From assembly GCA_015064085.1 (NCBI GenBank), contig SVSX01000001.1, positions 14,172 to 78,171 on the forward strand: 64,000 bases of DNA. Direction: 5' to 3'. The position numbers and the translations under genes were made by a program. Origin of the DNA: Oscillospiraceae bacterium (GTDB lineage: Bacteria > Bacillota > Clostridia > Oscillospirales > CAG-272). The notes beneath the pieces are model-generated. The model saw only the letters and a program-made list of their open reading frames with translations. It made no database searches and had not been told where the DNA came from. Below are positions 9,325 to 18,254 of this stretch, piece after piece; within the stretch, counting starts at the first letter, position 1, and every line of letters starts with the position of its first letter.

Positions 9325-10227
9325 TCAATCAATATATTGCAGGATCGTGTCAAGCTCGGATGTGTCATATATACTGTTTTTGGATGATATCCTATATGAG
9401 TTCGAATCGGATATTCGTGACAGCGCAATTATATATTCTTGCTTTAATTTCACTGAATCCAAGCGAAGCTCAACCATGATCTCATTTGTCTCAGTATCTC
9501 CCTTGTAGGTTTCCACGACCGAGCAAACGTAATATCCCGTCACACTATTCGACGGATTGTCTTTTTTGGATGTGGGTATGAGCTTTACAACATATTCCGA
9601 CTTAGAGACAACATCTTCAAGATCCGTCGATTCAATATATGGATCTCCGTAATACTCAACACCGTCCGCATTCTGTGAATTAGAAATGACATTTTTAGTA
9701 TATTCTATAACCTTTTCGGGTTTTTGTGATTTAAAAAACGAAAGCTCTGAGTGACCCGATAACCTTTCATTTCCGTATATAACTATCTTTTCTTCACCGT
9801 TTAACGGAATATAGGGTCTTGATGATACAAGATGGTAAATATCATTGTCGTAATACACCGAAATATGTCTTGCGAGCAGCAGCAAATATTCTTCACCAAC
9901 AGAATAATCGGGGTCGGTAAACGAATAATTTTTATCGGCAACCCCAACTAATATTCGTTCTGACTCAACGTATATTTTTTTGGCAGTTGTATCTCCTTTG
10001 TACTGCTCCACCACATCAAACTCATATATGACTTCTCTTTTATTGTTTTGCGCGGATACGCACTTTCCCTTAAGAATGTTCGTAGCATTATCAATTGACT
10101 TTTCAAAGGAATGATACATTACTGTCTCGCTACCTGTGATTTCTTTGCCTTTTAGCGGATCATATTGAGAGCAGGCAGAAAGAGTCAGTGCAAGCAATAA
10201 AACTGCTATAATAAATATTCTTTTCAT
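9325..10227 (-). CDS. lipoprotein with an internally duplicated domain
   Basis: Signal peptide plus lipobox MKRIFIIAVLLLALTLSAC. Two related segments are each centred on VV-E-x-YKGDT. Confidence 0.7.
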   Translation of the reverse strand: MKRIFIIAVLLLALTLSACSQYDPLKGKEITGSETVMYHSFEKSIDNATNILKGKCVSAQNNKREVIYEFDVVEQYKGDTTAKKIYVESERILVGVADKNYSFTDPDYSVGEEYLLLLARHISVYYDNDIYHLVSSRPYIPLNGEEKIVIYGNERLSGHSELSFFKSQKPEKVIEYTKNVISNSQNADGVEYYGDPYIESTDLEDVVSKSEYVVKLIPTSKKDNPSNSVTGYYVCSVVETYKGDTETNEIMVELRLDSVKLKQEYIIALSRISDSNSYRISSKNSIYDTSELDTILQYID

Positions 10228-10446
10228 AATGTTTCCTCCTTAGCGATATACTTGCTGCATATGCTATCTATCATAATCGGTTATCTAATATTTGTTCAGC
10301 TTTCCTTAAATCGTCCGAGGGATTGAAAACAAGATAATACTCTTTTATTGCGTACCACCGTTTGGAATCTCAAAGGTCTTCTCTAACCATTCAGCTTTGG
10401 GCATATCTCGCCACCTTGCCCAACGAATCGTAAAAGAGGAAGAGTA

Positions 10447-10728
10447 TCAGGGGAATAACAGCAACGGATCAGTTGTCCACGAAATATAAAACGCAATCGC
10501 AAAAAAAGCAAATATCAAAACAGCTAAAATTCCTGGTATCAAAGAGAAAATGATATTCTTCCTTCGTTCTTTGGGCATGTTTGCGCGTATGATCAGAAGA
10601 ACAGCGGACAAAGATAGCAAAATCACGCTAGGTAGCGTTACGATCATCTGGTTTATATCAAAGAAAAATACGTTATTCATTGCAAATCCTTTCCCATATA
10701 AAATCTGTGAATGCATGAGCAATAGCAT
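10447..10728 (-). CDS. small membrane protein (2-3 TM)
   Basis: 93-aa hydrophobic ORF. Its ATG overlaps the upstream stop (TGATG), which suggests translational coupling. Confidence 0.5.
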   Translation of the reverse strand: MLLLMHSQILYGKGFAMNNVFFFDINQMIVTLPSVILLSLSAVLLIIRANMPKERRKNIIFSLIPGILAVLIFAFFAIAFYISWTTDPLLLFP

Positions 10729-11180
10729 CAGCTTGCGTTGACGTTGTTAATATATCTTCTTTTGTCTAGGGCTTTACGCAGAATTCGGATTGCAAGCGAA
10801 ACGCCCATTCCTATAAGATATAATACCAATGTCAACGGAGCGAATATGCACGTGATAATCAATATTCCCCAAAGGTCGTCATGAACGTTATAACCGAAAA
10901 AACGCGTAAATGCAACGAGCCAAGCTGTTACCACAGAACTTATATAAAAGCCTATAATACAGAAAAGTCTGTCTACTATTGCTCTTTTAAGTGGCTGTTT
11001 CCCTTTTTTGCTAACGATTTTATCGCTATAGTATCCTGCAAGAAAAAATGTCAGTATTTCGATTGGAACAAAGACAAAAAAGAATCCAACAGTAAAAACT
11101 CCCATTTGAACAAGATAGGATACTATAAGCCAAATACCGTAAATAATTAAATATTTTTTTGCGATAGGGTCATTTTTCAT
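10728..11180 (-). CDS. membrane protein (4 TM)
   Basis: 150-aa ORF with AAAGGAGC upstream of the ATG. I recognise no family. Confidence 0.5.
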   Translation of the reverse strand: MKNDPIAKKYLIIYGIWLIVSYLVQMGVFTVGFFFVFVPIEILTFFLAGYYSDKIVSKKGKQPLKRAIVDRLFCIIGFYISSVVTAWLVAFTRFFGYNVHDDLWGILIITCIFAPLTLVLYLIGMGVSLAIRILRKALDKRRYINNVNAS

Positions 11181-11200
11181 AAATATAGCTCCTTTCTAAG

Positions 11201-11302
11201 TTAATTGTTCACCACTGAAAACGCGGGAATATACAGCGATGAGATAAGCAGAAAGACCGTAACAAAAAAGCTTGTTACCTTCAAGGTCGTTGCTTTTTTC
11301 AT
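11201..11302 (-). CDS. possible 33-aa hydrophobic peptide (MKKATTLKVTSFFVTVFLLISSLYIPAFSVVNN)
   Basis: My own translation; the ORF is below the ORF-track cutoff. AAAGGA lies 9 nt upstream, and the ORF ends 20 nt before the next gene in the same orientation. Confidence 0.25.
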   Translation of the reverse strand: MKKATTLKVTSFFVTVFLLISSLYIPAFSVVNN

Positions 11303-11433
11303 AAGCAACATTCCTTTCATTTTTATTTGTGCGCTTATTGCACAGTTTTATTATAGCACAGTTGGATTTGTTTGTCAATACCGTATAAAATCTTCATAAA
11401 AAGTTAAAAAAAGCAATAAAGCGAAAAAAGTTC

Positions 11434-11462
11434 TTGTAATTTTTTTAATAATGTGGTATAAT
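11434..11462 (+). promoter_or_regulatory. sigma-A type promoter (TTGTAA-17-TGgTATAAT)
   Basis: The -35 is at 11434-11439 and the extended -10 at 11457-11462, upstream of the DtxR-family gene. Confidence 0.55.
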
Positions 11463-11484
11463 AGTCAAAATAACTATTCGGGAG

Positions 11485-11862
11485 GTGGATCGCTTGCATA
11501 TTCAGGAGTCGGGAGAAATGTATCTTGAGACGATATATCTGTTATCACAGACCAAAACTATTGTCAGATCTATTGACGTCAGCGAATATATGGGTTTTTC
11601 CAAGCCAAGCGTAAGCCGAGCTGTCGGTCTTCTGCGTGACGCGGAGCTTCTCGAGGTGGACGAAAACGGTTCTCTTCTTCTCACCCCCGACGGGCTTGAG
11701 ATCGCAAAAAAGATATACGCCCGTCACACCATCTTAACTACCTTCCTCACAAGTATAGGTGTTGACGAAAAGACCGCCGCGGACGATGCCTGCAAGATCG
11801 AGCATCACATCAGCGACGAGACCTTTGAGGCTATAAAAAAACACATAGAAGCAAAAAAATAG
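11485..11862 (+). CDS. mntR: DtxR/MntR family metal-dependent transcriptional regulator
   Basis: 125 aa reading SGEMYLETIYLL..VSEYMGFSKPSVSRAVGLLRD..YARHTILTTFL..DDACKIEHHISDET. The start is GTG or TTG, preceded by GGGAGG. Confidence 0.8.
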   Translation: MDRLHIQESGEMYLETIYLLSQTKTIVRSIDVSEYMGFSKPSVSRAVGLLRDAELLEVDENGSLLLTPDGLEIAKKIYARHTILTTFLTSIGVDEKTAADDACKIEHHISDETFEAIKKHIEAKK

Positions 11863-11950
11863 GAGCTGTCACATTTGGCAAGACCGAAAAAGTCCAAAAA
11901 TAAAAAATCCCGTTTGCGCACAAAAAACGCAAATGAGACATCCCTAAAAT
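11862..11950 (+). repeat. ~88-nt structured intergenic repeat, copy A
   Basis: GGAGCTGTCACATTTGGCAAGACCGAAAAAGTCC...CCCGTTTGCGCACAAAAAACGCAAATGAGACA. It is about 90 percent identical by eye to the reverse complement of 63861-63954. Confidence 0.8.
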
Positions 11951-11983
11951 GGGCTGTCGCAAATGACAATTTGCGACAGCCCA
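11951..11983. terminator. bidirectional terminator hairpin, GCTGTCNCAAAT family
   Basis: GGGCTGTCGCAAATGACAATTTGCGACAGCCC followed by ATACTTTTTT. It sits between convergent genes. Confidence 0.75.
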
Positions 11984-11996
11984 TACTTTTTTGAAA

Positions 11997-13166
11997 TCAA
12001 AGATCTTTTTCATGCAGCACAACACCGTTTTCCTTCAGTGTTGTCTGCAAAAGTCCAACGTCAAGAGATGTCAGATCACTCGAAAGCGCCACAGCTGTTC
12101 CCGCCGCCTGACCTGTGACAGCGCAGCAAGGGATCACACGCATCACGTCCCAGAGAGCATCTGTAACCGAGGTGCATCTTCCCGCCACCGCGAGATTTTT
12201 CACCTTTGAGGAATAGAGAGTCCTGAATGGAACTTCGAATACAGGTCCTCGCTTTTTCCAGTTTGATACCATTCCTATCGAATCATCAAAATAGGTATGC
12301 TCCTCGGAGGTATCAAGGGTATATTCTCCGACGATCTTTCTTGTCATACGCACCTGAGGAATGGTGGGAAGTGTTGCGATAACGGCGTTCGGGTCTTTCT
12401 CCCTGCGGTTTAGCCAATCCCTCAGAATAAAATCGTGCGAAAGGCACATAATTTCCGAAAGCTCAGCTCCGTCGAGTCCGCCAAAGCGCTTCGAAACAAG
12501 ATATTTTCTTTCCGCATCCTTTTTCTTATCCTCATCAGGCACATCGGCTGCTCCCTGGATTTTCAGGTCATAGCCCTCACTGTCGGCGTAATAATACCAC
12601 GCCGCAAGGACATTTCCCTGCTTAAATTTCTCGGTGGGAGCAGAGGCAAAATAGGCTATATCACAGTCGCCCGTAGCGTCGACAACCGCGTCGGTCTCAT
12701 ACTCGAGTCTTCCCGATTTACTCTCGACAAAGAGGCTTTTTATCCTTTCGTTATCAACCGAAACACCCGTAACGTAGCTGCCGTAAAGTATATCCACGCC
12801 TTCCTTCAAAAGGAGCTTTTCGGCAAGGATCGCGAAGAGCTGAGCATTGTACCTTACTCGGTATCTCTGGTCCTTTTCGGTCCTTGTTCCCTTTCCGTCC
12901 AGCCAATTTGCGGGGTATTCGCTCTCAGCGCCGTAGGTAACCGAAAGCTTCAGAAGCTCCTCGGCAATACCGAAGGACACCTGATGACCGAAGCCGTCGC
13001 AAAGGGGCAAATATATGGTCACAAGCCCCGCCGTTCCGAGACCTCCGAGCATATACTGCTTTTCGAAAAGAACTACCTTCTTCCCCATTCTTGCCGCCGC
13101 AAGCGCGGCTGAAATGCCTGCAAATCCGCCTCCGCAGACTGCGATATCGTACTTTTTTGAGTTCAT
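11997..13166 (-). CDS. FAD-dependent oxidoreductase
   Basis: The N-terminal dinucleotide fold DIAVCGGGFAGISAALAAARMG resembles the FAD_oxidored (PF12831-like) family. Its start abuts the metA stop. Confidence 0.65.
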   Translation of the reverse strand: MNSKKYDIAVCGGGFAGISAALAAARMGKKVVLFEKQYMLGGLGTAGLVTIYLPLCDGFGHQVSFGIAEELLKLSVTYGAESEYPANWLDGKGTRTEKDQRYRVRYNAQLFAILAEKLLLKEGVDILYGSYVTGVSVDNERIKSLFVESKSGRLEYETDAVVDATGDCDIAYFASAPTEKFKQGNVLAAWYYYADSEGYDLKIQGAADVPDEDKKKDAERKYLVSKRFGGLDGAELSEIMCLSHDFILRDWLNRREKDPNAVIATLPTIPQVRMTRKIVGEYTLDTSEEHTYFDDSIGMVSNWKKRGPVFEVPFRTLYSSKVKNLAVAGRCTSVTDALWDVMRVIPCCAVTGQAAGTAVALSSDLTSLDVGLLQTTLKENGVVLHEKDL

Positions 13167-14084
13167 TTATTCTATTTCCTCGATATTATAAGGTGTGGTC
13201 TGATATACGAAATAGTTGAGCCAGTTGGAATAAAGGAGATTAGCGCAGCTTCTCCAGCGCACTATGGGCTCTTTGGTATCGTCGTCGTTCGGAAAATAAT
13301 TCTTCGGAACGTCAATGGGAAGTCCCGCGTTTTTATCTCTCAGATACTCATTTTTGAGGGTATCGGCGTCATATTCCGAATGTCCCGTAACGAATATCTG
13401 TCTTCCCTTTTCGGTCGCCGCGACAAAGACACCTGCCTCATCCGAGCTTGCGAGTATCTTTATGTCGGGTATCGCCTCGATATCCTCTCTTCTGCAGGTG
13501 GTATGTCTCGAATGAGGAACGACAAAGCTATCGTCAAATCCGCGGAAGAGGATCGAGAGCTTGTGGTCAAGCTTGTGCTCAAACACACCGAAAAGCTTTT
13601 TCTCAAGGGGATATTTCTTTATTCCGTAGTGGTAGTACAGTGCCGCCTGAGCTCCCCAGCAGATATGGAAGGTGCTTGTGACGTGGGTCTTGCTCCACTC
13701 CATAATCTCGCAGAGCTCCTCCCAATATTCCACCTCCTCGAACTCCATCTGCTCAACGGGCGCTCCCGTGATGATGAGTCCGTCATATTTTCTGTGCTTG
13801 ACCTCGTCAAAGGTCTTATAAAAGGCAAGCATATGCTCGGCGGAGGTATGCTTTGACTTGTGAGTGGCAGTCTGCAAAAGCTCAAGCTCTACCTGAAGAG
13901 GTGTATTGCCGATAAGTCTTGCTATCTGCGTTTCTGTTTCTATTTTCTTTGGCATAAGGTTAAGCATTAATATCTTCAGAGGTCGGATATCCTGAGTTAT
14001 AGCTCTGGTCTCCGAAATAACGAAAATATTTTCATCAAGCAAAACCTTTGTCGCAGGTAACGAATTTGGTATTTTTATTGGCAT
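13167..14084 (-). CDS. metA: homoserine O-acyltransferase (MetA type)
   Basis: [11 protein letters not shown]...[24 protein letters not shown], the classical MetA signature. Confidence 0.9.
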   Translation of the reverse strand: MPIKIPNSLPATKVLLDENIFVISETRAITQDIRPLKILMLNLMPKKIETETQIARLIGNTPLQVELELLQTATHKSKHTSAEHMLAFYKTFDEVKHRKYDGLIITGAPVEQMEFEEVEYWEELCEIMEWSKTHVTSTFHICWGAQAALYYHYGIKKYPLEKKLFGVFEHKLDHKLSILFRGFDDSFVVPHSRHTTCRREDIEAIPDIKILASSDEAGVFVAATEKGRQIFVTGHSEYDADTLKNEYLRDKNAGLPIDVPKNYFPNDDDTKEPIVRWRSCANLLYSNWLNYFVYQTTPYNIEEIE

Positions 14085-14106
14085 AGTACACCTCTCAAAA
14101 TTTTAA

Positions 14107-15396
14107 TTACTTATTTTTTACCGCCTCAAGTGCCTGTTCGATATCCGCAATAATGTCGTCGGCGTTCTCTATTCCCACAGAGAAACGAATGAGGTCGGGG
14201 CTTACTCCCGCGTCAACAAGCTGCTCGTCGGAAAGCTGACGGTGTGTTGTGGAGGCGGGGTGAAGGACACAGGTCCTTGCGTCGGCAACGTGGGTCACCA
14301 CTGCCGCAAGCTTCAGAGAATCCATAAATTTGGTTGCCGCTTCTCTTCCGCCCTTGATACCGAAGCAGATAACACCGCAAGTGCCGTTCGGCATATACTT
14401 TTTTGCAAGATCGTAATACTTGCTCGAGGGGAGAGACGGATAGTTGATCCAGGAGATCATATCGTTAGACTCAAGGTACTTTGCGACCTTGGTTGCGTTC
14501 TCGGCGTGGCGAGGAACGCGGAGGTGCAGTGTTTCAAGTCCGAGATTGAGAAGAAAGGCATTCTGAGGAGACTGCATAGAGCCAAGGTCTCTCATAAGCT
14601 GAACGAGGCACTTGGTGATATATGCCGAGCTTCCGAAGCTCTTTGTGTAGGTCAGACCGTGGTAGGAATCGTCGGGAGTGGTGAGTCCGGGGAATTTTTC
14701 AGCGTGAGCATCCCAGTCGAACTTACCGCCGTCAACGACTACGCCGCCGAGGGCACAAGCGTGACCGTCCATATATTTTGTGGTCGAGTGAACCACGATA
14801 TCCGCGCCAAACTCAAAGGGTCTGAGGTTTATAGGCGTCGGGAAGGTATTGTCCACTATCAGCGGAACGCCGTGAGAGTGAGCTATCTTCGCGAATTTTT
14901 CAATATCGAGAACGATAAGAGCGGGATTGGAGACCGTTTCGGCAAACACAGCCTTGGTATTCTCCTTGAAAGCCGCGTTGAGTGTCTCTTCATCGTCGTC
15001 GGGATGAACGAAGGTAAAGTCTATACCGAGCTTCTTCATAGTTACCGAGAAGAGGTTGAACGTTCCACCGTAGATAGTCGACGCGGCAACAACGTGGTCG
15101 CCTGCCGAACAGATATTGAATATCGAATAGAAGCTTGCCGCCTGCCCCGACGAGGTGAGCATAGCGCCCACACCGCCCTCAAGCTCCGCGATCTTTGCCG
15201 CTACACCGTCACAGGTAGGGTTTGCGAGTCTTGTGTAAAAATATCCGCTCTCCTTGAGGTCAAAGAGATTTCCCATCTGCTCAGACGACTCATATTTGAA
15301 GGTCGTGCTCTGAACTATAGGCAAGACTCTCGGTTCGCCGTTTTTGGGAGTGTATCCTGCCTGGACACACTTTGTTTCGATCTTATAATTTGACAT
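14107..15396 (-). CDS. metY: O-acetylhomoserine sulfhydrylase (PLP-dependent)
   Basis: 429 aa of the Cys/Met-metabolism PLP family, with HSTTKYMDGH carrying the PLP lysine. Confidence 0.9.
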   Translation of the reverse strand: MSNYKIETKCVQAGYTPKNGEPRVLPIVQSTTFKYESSEQMGNLFDLKESGYFYTRLANPTCDGVAAKIAELEGGVGAMLTSSGQAASFYSIFNICSAGDHVVAASTIYGGTFNLFSVTMKKLGIDFTFVHPDDDEETLNAAFKENTKAVFAETVSNPALIVLDIEKFAKIAHSHGVPLIVDNTFPTPINLRPFEFGADIVVHSTTKYMDGHACALGGVVVDGGKFDWDAHAEKFPGLTTPDDSYHGLTYTKSFGSSAYITKCLVQLMRDLGSMQSPQNAFLLNLGLETLHLRVPRHAENATKVAKYLESNDMISWINYPSLPSSKYYDLAKKYMPNGTCGVICFGIKGGREAATKFMDSLKLAAVVTHVADARTCVLHPASTTHRQLSDEQLVDAGVSPDLIRFSVGIENADDIIADIEQALEAVKNK

Positions 15397-15438
15397 ATTG
15401 TTCCTCCATTATTTTTAAATCAAAATTCATACCTTACA

Positions 15439-15468
15439 ATTATACCACATTCCGCGGTATTATTTCAA
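15439..15468 (-). promoter_or_regulatory. sigma-A type promoter for metY (TTGAAA-18-TGgTATAAT on the minus strand)
   Basis: The reverse complement reads CTTGAAATAATACCGCGGAATGTGGTATAAT. It leaves only a ~35-40 nt leader. Confidence 0.55.
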
Positions 15469-15487
15469 GAGGCTTTTGAAAATTACC

Positions 15488-16855
15488 TTAAACAATCGGC
15501 ATCGGCAAAGGCAAAGCGAGATCGTTGTAGGTTACAAGATGTATATTGTCGTAATTCTCTGTTGTCTCATATATAGGAGCTCTTGCCTTCACAACGCTTC
15601 CGCTTGAGTTGATACCGTCGCCCCTGTCACCGTAGTGACCGCTTATAGGCATCTGCCAGATATAAGCCTTTGCGCCGCACGCCGAATAAAATTGAGGAGA
15701 GAGACTGCTCTTGCCGTGATGAGGCACAAATATAACGTCGGAGGATACCTTACCCTCGGGAAGTGCCATAAGCTCGTTATTTGTGAAGGTCTCGCCGTCG
15801 CCCGCAAGCATAAAGCTCTGCTCACCGTTATAATCAAGCTTATAAACAACGCTTGTGTCATTCACCGTTGAGACGACCTCGTGATCATACGTTGGAACTC
15901 GCAGAACCTCGACCGTCATCTCGTCAACCGAGATAACGTCTCCGACCTTTACAGTGCAGACTTTTGCTCCGAGTGTACTTTCGGAGTCAAGTATACAGGA
16001 CACTCTTTCAAAATCCTGCTCTGCTTCCTTGAGCCTGTATTTTTCGTATGCATCCTTAGTGAGGAAAGCGCAATATGCCTTCTCAACCTTCAAGGAGGAT
16101 CTCAGTGCCTCGTTTTTGCAAAGCTCCACGAAAGCGCCAACGTGTCCCTCGTGGGGATGAGAGAGCAGCCAAGCAGACACGGTAGGTATCTCCTCACCCG
16201 ATATCCTTCTGAGAGCATAAAGAAGTCTTTCGGTCTCGGCTTTTCCACCACCGTCATATACGATGAGCTTTCCGCTGCCTGTCTTGAATATAAGACCCGA
16301 GTTACTTGCCACAAGATCCGACGAAGCGGCAAGTGAATACACTGAAGCGCCGTCGACAACATTTATATCTTTATTCGCGCGGTTTTCCGCAGTAAACTCC
16401 AGCTCGTATTTCTCGGGCATACAAAGCTCACTGTTTTCGTTATAGCATTTATACACGTAGTTCATAAAGTCATATCCGAGTACATCCTCAACGAACTTAT
16501 AAGCCGCGTAAACAGTTCCGACTCCACCGTCCTTCATTGTACCGTAAGATCTGAAGGGCGGCTCGACCTCTATGGGAGCGCCCATACCGCAAAGGTAGAC
16601 TCTGTCTGAAGCCTTCTTTATGACGAACTCATAGAGTCTGTTAAAATGTCTCTCAAAGGCAAATCCGTCAAGCTTCTCTCGCGATGTCTTTCCCACAACT
16701 ATCTCAAGTGCCTCGGGGGCTGTGGTATCGTCAACTATCGGTATCTTTTTTCCGCATACCAGCTTTATGTTCTTCTGGAGAAAATATGCGGCGCGGGTCT
16801 CGCTGAAAATGGCGTTTTTCGGAATAACTATTCTATAATCAACTATTCTTTTCAT
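15488..16855 (-). CDS. MBL-fold protein with a GH20b/DUF4838-like N-terminal domain, paralog 1
   Basis: N-terminus YRIVIP..ETRAAYFLQKNIKLVCGKKIPIV..LEIVVGKTSRE. The C-terminal MBL motifs are SHPHEGH (Asp replaced by Gly) and VPHHG. Confidence 0.6.
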   Translation of the reverse strand: MKRIVDYRIVIPKNAIFSETRAAYFLQKNIKLVCGKKIPIVDDTTAPEALEIVVGKTSREKLDGFAFERHFNRLYEFVIKKASDRVYLCGMGAPIEVEPPFRSYGTMKDGGVGTVYAAYKFVEDVLGYDFMNYVYKCYNENSELCMPEKYELEFTAENRANKDINVVDGASVYSLAASSDLVASNSGLIFKTGSGKLIVYDGGGKAETERLLYALRRISGEEIPTVSAWLLSHPHEGHVGAFVELCKNEALRSSLKVEKAYCAFLTKDAYEKYRLKEAEQDFERVSCILDSESTLGAKVCTVKVGDVISVDEMTVEVLRVPTYDHEVVSTVNDTSVVYKLDYNGEQSFMLAGDGETFTNNELMALPEGKVSSDVIFVPHHGKSSLSPQFYSACGAKAYIWQMPISGHYGDRGDGINSSGSVVKARAPIYETTENYDNIHLVTYNDLALPLPMPIV

Positions 16856-16871
16856 TTCTTTTACCTCGTTT

Positions 16872-18242
16872 TCAATGTATGGGCATAGGCAACGGCACGG
16901 AAAGTATACCGTCGGTAAACAAATAAACGTTTTCCTTTTTCGGTTTAAGCTGCATCATAAAGTCTCTTGTTTTGATAACGCCCGTGTTGTGAGTGTTGAG
17001 CTCTGTTCCGTTATCGCTATACCAGAATCTGTCCACGATAGGCCAGATATATGCCTTGGCATCGATAAGCTCATAGCACCTTCTCGACACGTTTCCACAG
17101 CCGTGATGTCCAACCTGAACAATATCGCTCTTAAGCTTATCAGCTCGGTTATTTACAAGATCCTCATTGCAGGATCTCTCGGCATCGCCGAGGAGCATTA
17201 TCGTCTGTCCACCGTCATAGGTCAGCTTATAAACGACACTTGAGTCATTCATATTCATCCTTGAAAAATCCTCTCTTGTGGGCACGTGAATGACCTCGAT
17301 CTCTATCTCATCGACCTTTATGATATCGCCGACCTTAACTGTATGTACCCTCGCGCCGACAGTGCTTTCCGAATTTAGAAGGTTATTTCGGATCTCTACC
17401 CACGTAGCCTTCCTTTCGGTTGAAAGAGTTGTATAAAATTCCTCGGTAGCAAGATCGCAATAAAAATCGTCAACTGTTATACAGCTTCTGAATTCCTCAT
17501 CGATACACAGTCTGTTATACATTCCGAAATGGTCACCGTGAAGATGCGAGAAGATCCACGCCGTAACGTGGGGCGTATCTGTACCCGCTATCTTTTTCAG
17601 CCCTCTCATAAAGCGATCGCTTTCGTGGACTCTGCCCCCATCATAAACTATTATCTTACCTTCACGTGTCCTGAATATATATCCGTGGGTATTTCCCGTG
17701 AGAAGCTCCGAAACGTTGAATGCGAACATTGCCGCTCCCTTTATGTCCTCAGGCTCTTGGGCTCGGAGAACGTCTCTTTTTAAGCTGTATTCAAAGTCCT
17801 CCGGTATTTCAAGCTCCTCATTCTCGGGAAAGCTTTCGTATGCCGAATTCATAAAATCGTATCCGAGAACCTTTTCCACAAATTTATACGCCGCTATCGA
17901 GCAGCCCGACGAGCCGTCCTCATAAAGCTTTGCGGCACTGTACTCCTCGGGATACGGCTTTCGCTCACCAAGCCCTGTAAGGTAAAATCTGTCTCCTTTG
18001 TTTTGCAGAGTGTATTCCCACATTATGTGGTTCTGTCTTTCAAAATCGATACCGTCGAGCGCCTCTCGGTTGGTCTCTCCAACGACGATCTCAAGGGGTC
18101 TCGGAGGCTCTGTGTCTCTGACTGTCTCAAGGGTTATTCCCGTAACAAGACGCACGTTATCTCTTATAAACGCCGCCGCGCGAAGCTCATTTGTATTTGC
18201 TTTCTCGGAAATAACTATTCTGTAATCTCTAAGCTTGCTCAT
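16872..18242 (-). CDS. MBL-fold protein with a GH20b/DUF4838-like N-terminal domain, paralog 2
   Basis: Canonical HxHxDH motif (SHLHGDHFG) and VGHHGCGN. It ends in PLPMPIH. Confidence 0.6.
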   Translation of the reverse strand: MSKLRDYRIVISEKANTNELRAAAFIRDNVRLVTGITLETVRDTEPPRPLEIVVGETNREALDGIDFERQNHIMWEYTLQNKGDRFYLTGLGERKPYPEEYSAAKLYEDGSSGCSIAAYKFVEKVLGYDFMNSAYESFPENEELEIPEDFEYSLKRDVLRAQEPEDIKGAAMFAFNVSELLTGNTHGYIFRTREGKIIVYDGGRVHESDRFMRGLKKIAGTDTPHVTAWIFSHLHGDHFGMYNRLCIDEEFRSCITVDDFYCDLATEEFYTTLSTERKATWVEIRNNLLNSESTVGARVHTVKVGDIIKVDEIEIEVIHVPTREDFSRMNMNDSSVVYKLTYDGGQTIMLLGDAERSCNEDLVNNRADKLKSDIVQVGHHGCGNVSRRCYELIDAKAYIWPIVDRFWYSDNGTELNTHNTGVIKTRDFMMQLKPKKENVYLFTDGILSVPLPMPIH

Positions 18243-18254
18243 ACCTTTATCTCC

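Noticed and set aside
10228-10446. Short reading frames in the gap inside the AT-rich islet. One example is a 19-codon frame, MPKAEWLEKTFEIPNGGTQ.
   Set aside because: They are too short, have no RBS, and I recognise no family. They are mentioned only as possible gene decay.
14242-15393. A 383-aa plus-strand ORF.
   Set aside because: It is antisense to metY (clear PLP-enzyme homology). The translation has no recognisable domain.
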